A stretch of 64,000 nt of DNA from an uncultured virus (IMG/VR IMGVR_UViG_3300049185_000041). Lineage: Duplodnaviria; Heunggongvirae; Uroviricota; Caudoviricetes. Shown here one piece after another: positions 35,170 to 45,030 of the stretch. The notes under the pieces are model-generated. The model was not told where the DNA came from. It saw only the letters and a program-made list of their open reading frames with translations, and did not search any database. Positions within the stretch are counted from its first letter, which is position 1; each line of letters opens with the position of its first letter. Location of the stretch: IMG/VR virus record IMGVR_UViG_3300049185_000041. One strand, written 5' to 3'. The position numbers and the translations under genes are program-made.

Positions 35170-36753
35170 TTACTTGACACGGATTGCCGCCTCCCACGGT
35201 GCGGGCTCCGGCAGCAATTCTGTTAGCGCCCGCTTCATTTCGGTGGTCAGGTGCCGGTCGGCGCAGTTCAGCCATGTGGCATCGCCGAACGGCAATTCCT
35301 GAGTCCGCATCGCCCCAAGCGGCTGCGGGTCCTTGCCGTGGAGGTGGAACAGCGCCAGCTCCAGCGGGAACTTCTCGAACACCCCGAATTTCGCAAACAC
35401 GTCGAGAACCTTCTCCCGCTCGTAGACGTAGGGGGTGTGGGTGGAGAACACCTTCTGCTCTGTGACCCCCATCTCGGCGAGCTTCTTGAGCACGTGGATG
35501 ACACCGCGCCGCCATGGGTTTGTCTGGGTTTCCGCCTTGTCGAGGAACTCCGGTCCCACCTCCTTGAGGTAGCGCGGCACCGCGCATTCGGCCCATGTGG
35601 ACGGCTTGAGGAACCAGATGTCGTCGTTCATCCACAGCACCTTCTCGGCGACTTGCAGGCCCTTCTCCAGTGCTTGCCGGTAGGTGAACGCGCCGATGTA
35701 GTGGACCCGGTGTTTGAACTCGTTGAGCCAATCCGGCCGGCGGGTGCCCATGATGAAGATCGGGCAGGTTTTGTCCTCGAAGAACTTCTCGACCGAGCGC
35801 AACGAGTACCGCAGTTCATCCCATCGCGCCTGATCGGCGTGCCATGGGTAGACGATCGCCCGGTCGAGCTTGGGCGGGTCCTTCGGCATCACCGTGCGAA
35901 TCTTCACTGGTTCATGGACCGGCCGGGAATCCTTGCCGGTGATGCGGATCCGCTGCCACCGGTCAGGGGCCGGTTTCCAATCGCCATAGCTGCCGGGCTT
36001 GTGGTGCCAGATTTCCGGCACGCAGACCGGGCCATTCTCGCCGAGCCACGCGCCCCACCATCCGAAGGTGGAGTTGCTGATAACGGCGGCGTCGCAGCTC
36101 GCGATTGTCCGCAGCCCGGTGATCGAGTCCTGCGGCGGCATGACCGTCACGTCGAGCTGGGTGCGGAAAATCCGCTGGCAGTAGAACGGGTCGTCCGAGA
36201 CGACGATGAAGTGCGGGTTCGCATAGCGTTGCCGCATCCATTCCATCGCGTTGAGGTAATACTCGGGCGTGCAGACATCCAGGCGTGAGTGACCGACGTA
36301 GTCCGTGCGGCGGACCTGCACGGCAATGGGCGTGGTGTTGACCGGGTTTGGCAGTTCGATCGGTTCGAGCTTGAAGAGTTCCCGGATCTCGTCGGCGACG
36401 TCGATGAAGCACGACTCCTCTTGGAACGGGCAACTGATGCCGACCACCTTCTCCTTGGACTCGGTGATGCGGCGGATCGCCAGCTCGACATGCGCCCGGT
36501 TGCCTTGGCCGACCTTGTTCATCACCAGCGGGACGCCCTCGCGATGTGGCGGCACGGGGACGCCGAAATGGACCAGCTCGAACTCGCGCTTCTTGGAAGG
36601 AATCCAGCTCAGTTCGAGCGGAATGCCGAGCTTCTTGGCGATGCCGTAGGCTGCCGCGTACTCAAAAATCTGGTTTGCAAGCCCGCAGTCTCGAACGAAC
36701 TGATAGACCAAGGTCTTGCCGTTAGATGCCTTTTTCATCCGTGTATTTCTCAA
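35170..36753 (-). CDS. GT11 (alpha-1,2-fucosyltransferase-like) fused to a Stealth-like sugar phosphotransferase
   Basis: GLANQIFEYA, VQVRRTDY, VSDDP, SNSTFGWWGAWL; then ELRYSLRS, WMNDDIWF, HTPY; start may be 36738. Confidence 0.8.
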   Translation of the reverse strand: MRNTRMKKASNGKTLVYQFVRDCGLANQIFEYAAAYGIAKKLGIPLELSWIPSKKREFELVHFGVPVPPHREGVPLVMNKVGQGNRAHVELAIRRITESKEKVVGISCPFQEESCFIDVADEIRELFKLEPIELPNPVNTTPIAVQVRRTDYVGHSRLDVCTPEYYLNAMEWMRQRYANPHFIVVSDDPFYCQRIFRTQLDVTVMPPQDSITGLRTIASCDAAVISNSTFGWWGAWLGENGPVCVPEIWHHKPGSYGDWKPAPDRWQRIRITGKDSRPVHEPVKIRTVMPKDPPKLDRAIVYPWHADQARWDELRYSLRSVEKFFEDKTCPIFIMGTRRPDWLNEFKHRVHYIGAFTYRQALEKGLQVAEKVLWMNDDIWFLKPSTWAECAVPRYLKEVGPEFLDKAETQTNPWRRGVIHVLKKLAEMGVTEQKVFSTHTPYVYEREKVLDVFAKFGVFEKFPLELALFHLHGKDPQPLGAMRTQELPFGDATWLNCADRHLTTEMKRALTELLPEPAPWEAAIRVK

Positions 36754-37417
36754 AAGCTTCCATCAGTCCGGCTTCCTGCTCCGGCGGGACGGCTTGCCGG
36801 TAAACCCCCGCGCCGATCTCCGGGAAGCGACGGTCGCCGCGTTTGAGGATCTTCAGGCAGTTCACCATCACCTTGCGTTCGAGGGCTTGGAGGCGAAGGT
36901 GAACGTCCATCAGGGTATCGCCCTTCACCACGAGGCACTCCTCCGCATAGACCTCCCGGCCTCGGTCGATGCGATGGTCGATCAGGTGGCCGGTGACGAA
37001 TTGTGGCAGGCCATTCAGGATGGCATGCTTCAGGTTATCCAGTCCGCGGTTCTCTGGAAGCTTCCCCGGATGCATGTTGAGGATACCGACGGTGGCAGCC
37101 TCGATCAGCGGGCGCTTGAGAATCCGGGCACCGAGGATCACCGCAACGTCGATCTCGTATTTTCGGAAGATTTCAACCGCGCGGATTGAGTCGTGCGGTG
37201 CCGTGTGGAACGGGATGCCGTGGCCGAGGGCGAGATCGGACGGCGACATCGTCGGGATCGCCTGCGGAGCGATGCGGACCTTGCTGCGGTAAAAATCGAG
37301 GTGGACCGGCGGGGCCGCGAGGATCACATCCGGTTTGAATCCAGACGCCACGAGATGGTGGACCCCCGCTTCGATCTTCGGGGTGCTGAAGGTGTAGGTC
37401 AGGGCGGCGATTCTCAC
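36722..37417 (-). CDS. formyltransferase (probably sugar N-formyltransferase)
   Basis: ILNMHPGKLPENRG..VTGHLID..IDRG; GTG start. Confidence 0.8.
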   Translation of the reverse strand: MRIAALTYTFSTPKIEAGVHHLVASGFKPDVILAAPPVHLDFYRSKVRIAPQAIPTMSPSDLALGHGIPFHTAPHDSIRAVEIFRKYEIDVAVILGARILKRPLIEAATVGILNMHPGKLPENRGLDNLKHAILNGLPQFVTGHLIDHRIDRGREVYAEECLVVKGDTLMDVHLRLQALERKVMVNCLKILKRGDRRFPEIGAGVYRQAVPPEQEAGLMEAFEKYTDEKGI

Positions 37418-38175
37418 AAGGTCTCGATCAGGTGTTCAATGACGTCGCGCTCGTCGGGCGGCAGGGGGCGATGCGCGTGGAGTTCGGTATTTTCGCCGAT
37501 GTAGAGTTTCGCCCGCACCGAACGGCATCCGCGGCCGCGACGATGGGCATTCCAATCGTCGAACCAGTGCTTCCCGAACACCGCTGGCTTCACCCCGGAC
37601 TTGGCTAGCAGATGCCCAAGCACTGCTTCGTCCATGCCCCAGCCGACGGCGTGATCCGGCCACATCACCTCATAACCTTGCGCCCATGCCCAGCGCAGGA
37701 ACTCGGGGAAATCCTTCGGTGCCGGAGCCATCACCCGTTCCCACAGGTCGTAGCGCGCGACTACATGCGAGGACGGGTAGTAGCGGACGCCGTCGAACAG
37801 CTTGTCGTAGCTTCCACCAATGCCTCCGAAGGCTACCACGAAGGCATCGTCCGGCACCTTGTCGAGGTGGTTGATGAACGCCCGACTCATCGGGAACTGG
37901 TCAATCCCGGAGACCATGATCGTCTCGCCGGGGAACAAGCGCGGCCCATGCAGCAGGGCCATCGTGGATTTCCAGTTCCGGCCGCCGGGAGGGTCCTGCG
38001 GCAGCTCGTTGTCGGTATCCAGACGGATCGAGCCCGGCATGTCGGGGACCGAGTCGCCGACGATCATCAGGGTCGCCTGGATGCCGAGCTTCGCCCACAG
38101 GCGGCGTTGCAGCTCGAACATCCCGGAATAGTCCGGATGCCCGTCGTAGCAGAAGATAACGCGGTCGATCGTCAC
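37414..38175 (-). CDS. GT-A-like glycosyltransferase
   Basis: VIFCYD.HPDY..W, SGIDQFPMS, WGMDE; GTG start overlapping upstream stop. Confidence 0.55.
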   Translation of the reverse strand: MTIDRVIFCYDGHPDYSGMFELQRRLWAKLGIQATLMIVGDSVPDMPGSIRLDTDNELPQDPPGGRNWKSTMALLHGPRLFPGETIMVSGIDQFPMSRAFINHLDKVPDDAFVVAFGGIGGSYDKLFDGVRYYPSSHVVARYDLWERVMAPAPKDFPEFLRWAWAQGYEVMWPDHAVGWGMDEAVLGHLLAKSGVKPAVFGKHWFDDWNAHRRGRGCRSVRAKLYIGENTELHAHRPLPPDERDVIEHLIETL

Positions 38176-38834
38176 TGGAGAAGCTGTTTGATGATTGCCT
38201 TGTTCTCGTGGAACGGCGTGTGACTCCACATCTGGTGGATAGTCTCCGGCGGAAGTTCGTCCTTCGATGTGTCGATCCAGTGGAACCTGTCTCGGTGATG
38301 AAGCCACGCGAACGTACCCATGATGTTGAACTCGCTATGCCGCCCTTTGTCGAAGACGTATTGCTCGATGGTCTTTCCGTGCTGGAACTCGCACCAATCC
38401 CGGATTTCCTTGAGCAGCCATCGGGGCACCATGAAGGGATGCCTTCGCATTGTCTCGTATTCGGGTTCCTGCCCGAAGAACTCGGCGACCACTGAGAACC
38501 ACGCCTTGTGGCAGTCGCTCCCTTCGAGGTCTCGAAATGGAGTTTTAAGCCATACCGGCTTGCCGTCACGCAAGTAAGTCTCCGGTGTGACCGGGGTTTT
38601 AAAGAGGGCGTCCGAATCCGTGAACAGGATGAAATCCGCGTCCGTGAACTGATCTGCGCAGTGCTTAGAAATTTGTTGCGAGGCGTAGCCTATGGCCGGT
38701 GTCGCGTCCTCCTTGCTCACGATCACGACCTGACGAAAGCCGGTGCAGAACTTCGTGATCGAGCGAAGCGCGTAGTGCAGATACTCGTGGTCTTTCGAGT
38801 AGGTGCGGAGGAAGATGTCAACTACGGGGTTCAT
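38172..38834 (-). CDS. GT-A-like glycosyltransferase
   Basis: IFLRTY.KD.EYL.YALRS..F; ILFTDSD DxD; SEFNIMG. Confidence 0.65.
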   Translation of the reverse strand: MNPVVDIFLRTYSKDHEYLHYALRSITKFCTGFRQVVIVSKEDATPAIGYASQQISKHCADQFTDADFILFTDSDALFKTPVTPETYLRDGKPVWLKTPFRDLEGSDCHKAWFSVVAEFFGQEPEYETMRRHPFMVPRWLLKEIRDWCEFQHGKTIEQYVFDKGRHSEFNIMGTFAWLHHRDRFHWIDTSKDELPPETIHQMWSHTPFHENKAIIKQLLQ

Positions 38835-38839
38835 AGTAG

Positions 38840-39514
38840 TTACTCGGGGATGTAGAGTGCATCGAGCTGATCATCGCTCCACTTCGCCTTGGCCGGGTAG
38901 AGTATGGCCTCGCGGTATCCGAGCGAGCGAATCTGCTCATCAAGGGCTTCCGGGGTGCAGCCATTCGCCGCAAGGGCTCCGCGGTTCATTTCGAACATCA
39001 GAATCGGCTTGTGACGGGTGATGGTGCCCGCCATACCGGTGAGCGCCATCGGCTCCCAGCCTTCGATATCGCACTCGATGAAGCCGGGGGTTGGCAGGTC
39101 GGGATGATCATCGAGCGGCACTGCCTCAATGCTCCATTCGCCGTCCGGACGGATGCGGGATGCCCCGATGTTCTCACAGGTCATCAGGTTGACCGAGCCG
39201 CGAACATCAGACGCCGCGAGGTTCAGGCACAGGGCCTCGGGGACGTTGTGGCGCAGGCATTCGAAAGTGATGGGGTGAGCCTCGATCGCAACGACCCGTT
39301 TTCCTTGACGGACATAGTGGAGAGCATGGTCACCGATATTCGCGCCGATCGACCACGCGGTTTCGACGTCCTTCAGGTAAGGATCGAGAAACTGGAACAG
39401 ATGCGGATCGGTGACGATGTCGCCCTTCTGCTTTGCCCAAGCTCCGAGGTGAGTATCGCCTTCGACGATCCACTGCCCATTAGGGAGAACCTCGATTCCG
39501 GGATGCGGGTTCAT
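38840..39514 (-). CDS. FkbM-family methyltransferase
   Basis: IGANIGDH, VAIEAHP..F..L..N, ECDIEGWE..L.G..TI..KP..FE. Confidence 0.88.
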   Translation of the reverse strand: MNPHPGIEVLPNGQWIVEGDTHLGAWAKQKGDIVTDPHLFQFLDPYLKDVETAWSIGANIGDHALHYVRQGKRVVAIEAHPITFECLRHNVPEALCLNLAASDVRGSVNLMTCENIGASRIRPDGEWSIEAVPLDDHPDLPTPGFIECDIEGWEPMALTGMAGTITRHKPILMFEMNRGALAANGCTPEALDEQIRSLGYREAILYPAKAKWSDDQLDALYIPE

Positions 39515-40293
39515 AGGATGGTTGCCACCGGTTCCGAAGGACCGACGTATTTTGCTTTAAAGTTACGATACTTCGACCGGTGTTCTCGATCGCACCAACG
39601 CTTGAACGCATCCTCGGGCGTATCATTCGTCTCCATGTTACAGGAGGTTCTTATGGTGCCGCCCTTCCAGCTCCCTTTCTCCGGCCCCATCTCTTCGCTC
39701 AGGTTGATGCGGAGAGAACGATGGATGATCGGCTTGGAGAAATGCCGCAGCCACTTGAACCATCCGCGGCCCCGATGCCACTCGCGTTCTTCGATGGTGC
39801 AGGCAGCAACAATCCGGGTTCCGTCGTAGTCCTCGAAAGCAAAGTAAGACTTCGGACATGTCTTCTCGATCTCATAGAACTCCTTCCAGTCTTTTTCGAC
39901 GGCGAACGATTGACCGTTGGGCCGATAAATTTCTCGACGAACGTGGTCCCACTCGGTCCATGGGAAGGTCTTGTACCAACCTCTTTCGGTCGAGCTGTCC
40001 ATGCTCTGGAGGCCGAATGAGATGTGGATCGAATCGAAGCCTTTGCTGCTGCCGACGGTGTCTCGTTGATCGGTGAGCGAGAAGCCCCACTCCCGCTCGT
40101 GCTCACCATACTTGCCGCCCGGCTTGAGCCAGCGGCCGAGTCGAACCCGGAGCGCCCAACCGAAGCCGACGAACAGGAGGTGGTTTTCGGGGTCTTCGTC
40201 GTCCCCGGTCGAAAAGTGGGCGGAAAGCCGTCGCTCCCATCTGGCAAAGGTGAAAGGCCCCCAATTTCGGTCGTTGTCGGTCAGGCGTGTCAT
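39511..40293 (-). CDS. Trp-rich hypothetical protein with its own promoter (moron-like)
   Basis: 260 aa; EEREW..G.GWFKWL; GPEKGSWKGG; TTGACG and CTACA boxes directly upstream; lower GC. Confidence 0.7.
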   Translation of the reverse strand: MTRLTDNDRNWGPFTFARWERRLSAHFSTGDDEDPENHLLFVGFGWALRVRLGRWLKPGGKYGEHEREWGFSLTDQRDTVGSSKGFDSIHISFGLQSMDSSTERGWYKTFPWTEWDHVRREIYRPNGQSFAVEKDWKEFYEIEKTCPKSYFAFEDYDGTRIVAACTIEEREWHRGRGWFKWLRHFSKPIIHRSLRINLSEEMGPEKGSWKGGTIRTSCNMETNDTPEDAFKRWCDREHRSKYRNFKAKYVGPSEPVATIL

Positions 40294-40326
40294 CCGTGCA
40301 GTTGTAGCGTTGTAGCGTTGTCCGCG

Positions 40327-42255
40327 TCAAGTGTCGTTTCCCCGCTGCACGCAATCCGCGCCAACCTCGGTGATCTTCCGCCGCGGCTGATACCAGTCCC
40401 GCTTCTCCCGGCGGCGCAGATCCTCGAACGCCTCGTCCACCAGCATTTTCATCCGGTGGAAGTAATGGTCGTAGAAACGATAGATGCCCGACCTGTCCCA
40501 CATGGTCGCTCCCATCCCCTGCCCATTGACGCAGCACCGGTCGAGGACGCCGGGCTCGATCACCTCGTCAATCATTCCGTCGAAGCGCCGATTCCAGTGC
40601 AGCCTCATCGCCTTCCAGCCCGCCGGCAAGGCGCACCACGCCCGCCAGAACATCTCATTGAAGTCCGGCTCGAAACGAATGTCGTCCTCGAAGACGAACA
40701 GGAAATCGTCAGATCGGATCAGGCTTTCCTTGAGGATGTCGATGTGATCGCAGGTCGCCGCCCACCAGTGCGGACGCTGCCGCAGCTTCTTGAAGCTCGG
40801 CGGGCAGTAACACTCGCTCACCGGGGTTCCTTCGCGAAGCTCGAACTCCAGGTCGTTCAGGAAGCCGCCGTTCTTCTTGAACGACTCCATGAAGCCCTCC
40901 CGCCGCTTGAGGTAGTGCTTCGCCGACAGCAGCACCACCCGTCCTTTGCCTCGCAAAGTCGGGAGTTCTTGCCTGCCGACGAACCCGTCCCACGGGTCGT
41001 GCGCCGGGAAACCGCTGCCTTCCTGTGACGAATGGATCACGGCGTCCTTGCCGAGCACCGGCCACACTCTCTCGGCAAGCCAATCCTCGTCCGCCCCATA
41101 GTGCGCGGTGGCCGATTCGGTAACCGAGCGGAGCACCTCCGCGTGGCTGCCGAGGACGCCCCACATCCCGCCCATCATGACCTTGCGGTGCTTCGGATGG
41201 TCGCGCATCACGTGCAGCGGCTTCCCGGTGGCCAGCCATTCGTTGACTGCCACAGCCTCGCGAGGGTTGACCCTGCTGTCGGCGTCCCGGAAGCAGACGG
41301 CCTCGTAGCCTTCGAGCGCGGTCTCATAGCGCCACTTCATCCCGGCGTGTCCCTCGGCCGGCGCGTGCTCGATCACCCGCGCCCCGGCAGCCGTGAGGCG
41401 GCGGTTGGCGTAGTGGCCGCGCTGGGCATGCACCACGACCTCCCAGCCGGGGTAATGCCGGGCCGCGAGGGTGACGTTGTCTAACAGCACCGCCGGATAG
41501 ACTGCCTTGTCGCCATAGAGGCTGAAAGACAGCGCCCGCTTGGCCTGCCGGACTTCGATCCTCGGTGCTGGGTTCACCACGTTTGCCTCGTAGGCCGACG
41601 GCTCGGGGTAGCGATTGGCCAGCCACGCTTGCAACTCAGGCGTGAAGCCGTTGTCGCAAAAGTTCATGAACACGGCATTCTCCGGCGGCGGACCATTGAA
41701 CCCCCCATAGTACTGCTTGACCACATGATGGCGACATGGCCAGCGGCGCTTGTTGAGAATCCATGTCTCGAACGGGAACTTCCCCGCCATCCCCGGCCAG
41801 TCCTCGAACGCTTCGTCGATCATGGCCTTGGTGAACCAGTAGGGGCCGTGCGGCCGGGAGTAGTCGAAGCACTGGAAGCCCTCTGCGGTAAGCCGCCCTC
41901 GGACTTTCTCCAGCCACTCCGCCCACTCGGTCGTCACCCTGCCCCAGCCGGCGTTGGCCGGGGTCATCTGGAGCTGCCCTGGATTCTGGTCCTTGAGCAA
42001 GATGCAGTCGTCATACCACCAGAAGAAGCCGTCGGGGAACCGGCGGGCTGCCATGACCAGCGTGGTCTTGAGCCCTTGGCCGCCGTCGTCGATCCATTCG
42101 ATGCCTTTGGCCCACCCCGGCAGTGCGCGTGACGCGATGGCCAGATGGAAGCCGCCGAGGACGTGCTTCTGCATCGCCCGTACGGCGTATTTCGCTTCGG
42201 TGTCGTTGCCAAACTTCCCACCCTTGGGGTGGAGTGGAATCACGATCGGGATCAC
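40327..42255 (-). CDS. tri-domain glycosyltransferase (Stealth-like + SFSLYG/RDADS GT-like + GT25-like)
   Basis: EAKYAVRAM..WWYDD..HGP; SFSLYGD..FRDADSR..REAVAVNEW..MRDHP.H..MGGMWG..D..L; H..IL..VFEDD. Confidence 0.75.
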   Translation of the reverse strand: MIPIVIPLHPKGGKFGNDTEAKYAVRAMQKHVLGGFHLAIASRALPGWAKGIEWIDDGGQGLKTTLVMAARRFPDGFFWWYDDCILLKDQNPGQLQMTPANAGWGRVTTEWAEWLEKVRGRLTAEGFQCFDYSRPHGPYWFTKAMIDEAFEDWPGMAGKFPFETWILNKRRWPCRHHVVKQYYGGFNGPPPENAVFMNFCDNGFTPELQAWLANRYPEPSAYEANVVNPAPRIEVRQAKRALSFSLYGDKAVYPAVLLDNVTLAARHYPGWEVVVHAQRGHYANRRLTAAGARVIEHAPAEGHAGMKWRYETALEGYEAVCFRDADSRVNPREAVAVNEWLATGKPLHVMRDHPKHRKVMMGGMWGVLGSHAEVLRSVTESATAHYGADEDWLAERVWPVLGKDAVIHSSQEGSGFPAHDPWDGFVGRQELPTLRGKGRVVLLSAKHYLKRREGFMESFKKNGGFLNDLEFELREGTPVSECYCPPSFKKLRQRPHWWAATCDHIDILKESLIRSDDFLFVFEDDIRFEPDFNEMFWRAWCALPAGWKAMRLHWNRRFDGMIDEVIEPGVLDRCCVNGQGMGATMWDRSGIYRFYDHYFHRMKMLVDEAFEDLRRREKRDWYQPRRKITEVGADCVQRGNDT

Positions 42256-42674
42256 GGGATGAACAGGAAGAGAGCGCCGTTGCAGTCGTTGAGGATGGTG
42301 ATAGTTCCTCCGTCATTCGGGAGGACCGTGGTCAGCGAGACCCCGGCACTGCCGCCCGCCAGCACGGTGAACGGCGGCGTCGGCGCGACGGTCGGCGTTG
42401 CCACGTCGAGGCCGATGTCGGTGACCTCCACGTCGGTCGACCCGTCGTTGACCAGCGTGAAGGTCACGAGGTTCGACGAGAAGACGATCAGGTCAGTCGC
42501 GAACAGGTTGCACTCTCCGGAACTTCCTGAGCTGCCGCTGGACCCGCTGCTCGACCCGGTGCCGGGGATGCTCGGCGCGCTGCCGCTGGAGAACATGCTC
42601 GACGCCGGGCTGCTGACCGCGGAACTCTCGGACACTCCGCTCGACGTCTTAGGGCTGCCGGGGGTTGCAGGCAT
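42252..42674 (-). CDS. Ser/Gly-rich small virion protein with Ig-like C-terminus
   Basis: SSGVSESSAVSSPASSMFSSGS..SSSGSSGSSGSSG then beta-rich TFTLVNDG..V.VTDI. Confidence 0.6.
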   Translation of the reverse strand: MPATPGSPKTSSGVSESSAVSSPASSMFSSGSAPSIPGTGSSSGSSGSSGSSGECNLFATDLIVFSSNLVTFTLVNDGSTDVEVTDIGLDVATPTVAPTPPFTVLAGGSAGVSLTTVLPNDGGTITILNDCNGALFLFIP

Positions 42675-43759
42675 CAGTGGTTGCCGAGGTTGAGGCGGCG
42701 CTCGTTGGCATCAAACTCGGCGCGGGTGGCCTCGGTGAGCTTGACGCCGAGGAAGCCTTTCCGGATTGCCGAGATGCGGACCTGCACGGTCGTCGGCCGG
42801 CGGCGCTTGTCCGGGTTCGCGTGGATGTGTAGGAGCGGCGGCTTCACGGTAAACCCGACCGTGTGGTGCGTGTCGGCGCTCCACCCGACGACCCGGAGCG
42901 TCTCGACGTGGACGCCTTCGATCACTCGCGGGTCGATGCGGAAGGTGCTGGTCTTGCCGCGCACCTTGAGGTCGGTGAAAGTGTCCTCAAAGCGCACGTC
43001 GGCGGCCTCCATGGCGAACCACTTGAGGAAGCCGAGACGCGAGATTTCCGACGGCACGATGCCGGAGTCCTTGCTCGACCCCTGCGACGAATTTGCCGAA
43101 CTGCCGGAACTCCCGGAGGACGGATTCGACTCATCCGACGGCGAGGACTCGGTGTTGCCGCGGAAGATGACCGGCGACCAATAGATGTCGGACGAGACGA
43201 TCTGGTCGACCGGGCTGCCGTTGTCGACGGTGCCGATCTTGATGTAGTAGGTCCCTGAGACGGTGTCGCGGGACAGCTCTTCGGTCAGCTCAGAGATATT
43301 CTGACCGGAAGGCGTCGAAGGGCCGGTGATGTCGAAGTTGGTGACCGTGCCTTCCTCATCACAGTCCCACTGGGCGTAAACGTCACCATACCACCCGAGG
43401 TGGGTTTGCTTGAGCTTGTCGGTGTCAAGCGAAGCCGCCTCATGGACCGCGATGTTCTGGATCTCCGGCTGGAGGGCGAGGCCATTGACCTTGGTTCCCG
43501 AGATCGTCAGCCGCTTGAAGCTCGCCGTGGTGATCGAGGTGATCAGGACGCCCCACCAGATCGACGCGCCACCTTCGCCATGGGCGAGGGCGAAAGCAAA
43601 CGGTTTGCCGCGTTGCCGGTGCCGGGCGCTGACCGGGAGCTGCGGCTCCTTGACCAGAGGTCCGTAGTTATCCGGCGGATGGATCTTCCTCGGCGGCGTG
43701 CGCAACGGCAAGCTGCCTTCGAGTGGGTTTGCCCCTTGGACTGATGGCTTTCCCGTCAC
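42674..43759 (-). CDS. tail/structural protein with Ser-rich linker
   Basis: Beta-rich body, SSPSDESNPSSGSSGSSANSSQGSSKDS, C-terminal IVP..AMEAADVRFED..RKGF domain. Confidence 0.65.
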   Translation of the reverse strand: MTGKPSVQGANPLEGSLPLRTPPRKIHPPDNYGPLVKEPQLPVSARHRQRGKPFAFALAHGEGGASIWWGVLITSITTASFKRLTISGTKVNGLALQPEIQNIAVHEAASLDTDKLKQTHLGWYGDVYAQWDCDEEGTVTNFDITGPSTPSGQNISELTEELSRDTVSGTYYIKIGTVDNGSPVDQIVSSDIYWSPVIFRGNTESSPSDESNPSSGSSGSSANSSQGSSKDSGIVPSEISRLGFLKWFAMEAADVRFEDTFTDLKVRGKTSTFRIDPRVIEGVHVETLRVVGWSADTHHTVGFTVKPPLLHIHANPDKRRRPTTVQVRISAIRKGFLGVKLTEATRAEFDANERRLNLGNH

Positions 43760-44985
43760 GGTTCGTCGATCACGATGGTGGTCCGCAGGTAGCCGCCGCG
43801 GAACGGCTTCTGATCATCCACCGCGGTCACCGAGGCGGGACGGGATGCCGGAGAGGTCGCAGGGAAATTCCGTGAGGATCCCACGTTCTGCTTGTACACC
43901 GGATCGCTGGTGCCGATGTCGCAGATCACGTTCAGGGAGGCATGCAGGCACTCGGGGACGTTGAGCGTGAAATAGGGGCTGCCGTAGTAAATCCGCTGCG
44001 GCTCCATCGTGTCGATCGTGAGCCCGCTATAGGGCGTCGACTTCCACTGGATCGTCACCTGCGCGGTGCAAGGGCCGTTGTAGCCTTCCGGGTCGAACAG
44101 GATGCGCGGGAAAATTTCCTCACCGCCTTCGCGCTTCTCCCAGTCCATCAATTCGAGCGTGTCGAGGACTGGCGGCCAGTAGTGGTTCTCGGTGGTCTCG
44201 TAGTTGGAGATGATCAGGCCTCCGCCAGACGGCGTTCCGCTGATAACCTGCGCGGTGGTGACGAGATACCAGTGGTCGGAAAGCTGCTCGCCTGACCGCT
44301 GGGTGCCGTTGGTTTGGATGCCCCAGAACGAGTTCGTCGTGGCGGCGAAAAGCTGCAAGGTCGTCAGGCCGGTTCCCCCGACATTGGTCTCGGTCTCGTA
44401 GTAGAGCGTCTCGTCCTTGTAGAGCGTCCGGCCGTTCAGGTCATCGACGCCGATCGTCCGGATGGTGGTCCGCTTGACGTAGGTGTGGACCTCGGTGACG
44501 AACAAGCTGTCGAGAACCTGATCTTGGCTGCGCCGCTGCTCCTTGTCGGAGAAGACGTAGCCAGAGAACAGGCCCATTGGGACGTTCGGCATCGCGTCTC
44601 CGGGCGCGGGTGTCGCGGCGTCGAAGCCCGAACGCAGCGTGACGTAGGTCCGGCGAACCGCATCGAATTTCCGCCCTCCGATGTCCGCGGTGGACAGCTC
44701 CCAGTTGTAGTCGTCCTGGTCTGCGCGCGATAGCGCGTAGTACCACCGCGACCACATCTCCGGCGTCTGGTCGGAGACGTAGACCAGCTTGTGATTCGGG
44801 TATTTCGTCTTCGGCGCACCGATCGGGGCCTCCCCGTAGGTCCACTGCTGATTGATCGGCAGGTCGCCATCCTTTTCGACGTAGAAAACGATGTCCTGCC
44901 GCCCCTTGGGTGTCGGGAACGAAAACACCGGCACGACGCTCGCCGCGGGCGTCCGTGGTTTCGGGTAGTCGTCTTTTTCGGCCAC
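43756..44985 (-). CDS. virion structural (tail) protein
   Basis: 409 aa, T/P/Y-rich beta composition; GTG start; TTGCGG-17-TGTAAT upstream. Confidence 0.6.
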   Translation of the reverse strand: MAEKDDYPKPRTPAASVVPVFSFPTPKGRQDIVFYVEKDGDLPINQQWTYGEAPIGAPKTKYPNHKLVYVSDQTPEMWSRWYYALSRADQDDYNWELSTADIGGRKFDAVRRTYVTLRSGFDAATPAPGDAMPNVPMGLFSGYVFSDKEQRRSQDQVLDSLFVTEVHTYVKRTTIRTIGVDDLNGRTLYKDETLYYETETNVGGTGLTTLQLFAATTNSFWGIQTNGTQRSGEQLSDHWYLVTTAQVISGTPSGGGLIISNYETTENHYWPPVLDTLELMDWEKREGGEEIFPRILFDPEGYNGPCTAQVTIQWKSTPYSGLTIDTMEPQRIYYGSPYFTLNVPECLHASLNVICDIGTSDPVYKQNVGSSRNFPATSPASRPASVTAVDDQKPFRGGYLRTTIVIDEP

Positions 44986-45030
44986 GACAGGATTACAACA
45001 GGTTTCCTAACTTTCCGCAACCACTCCGAT

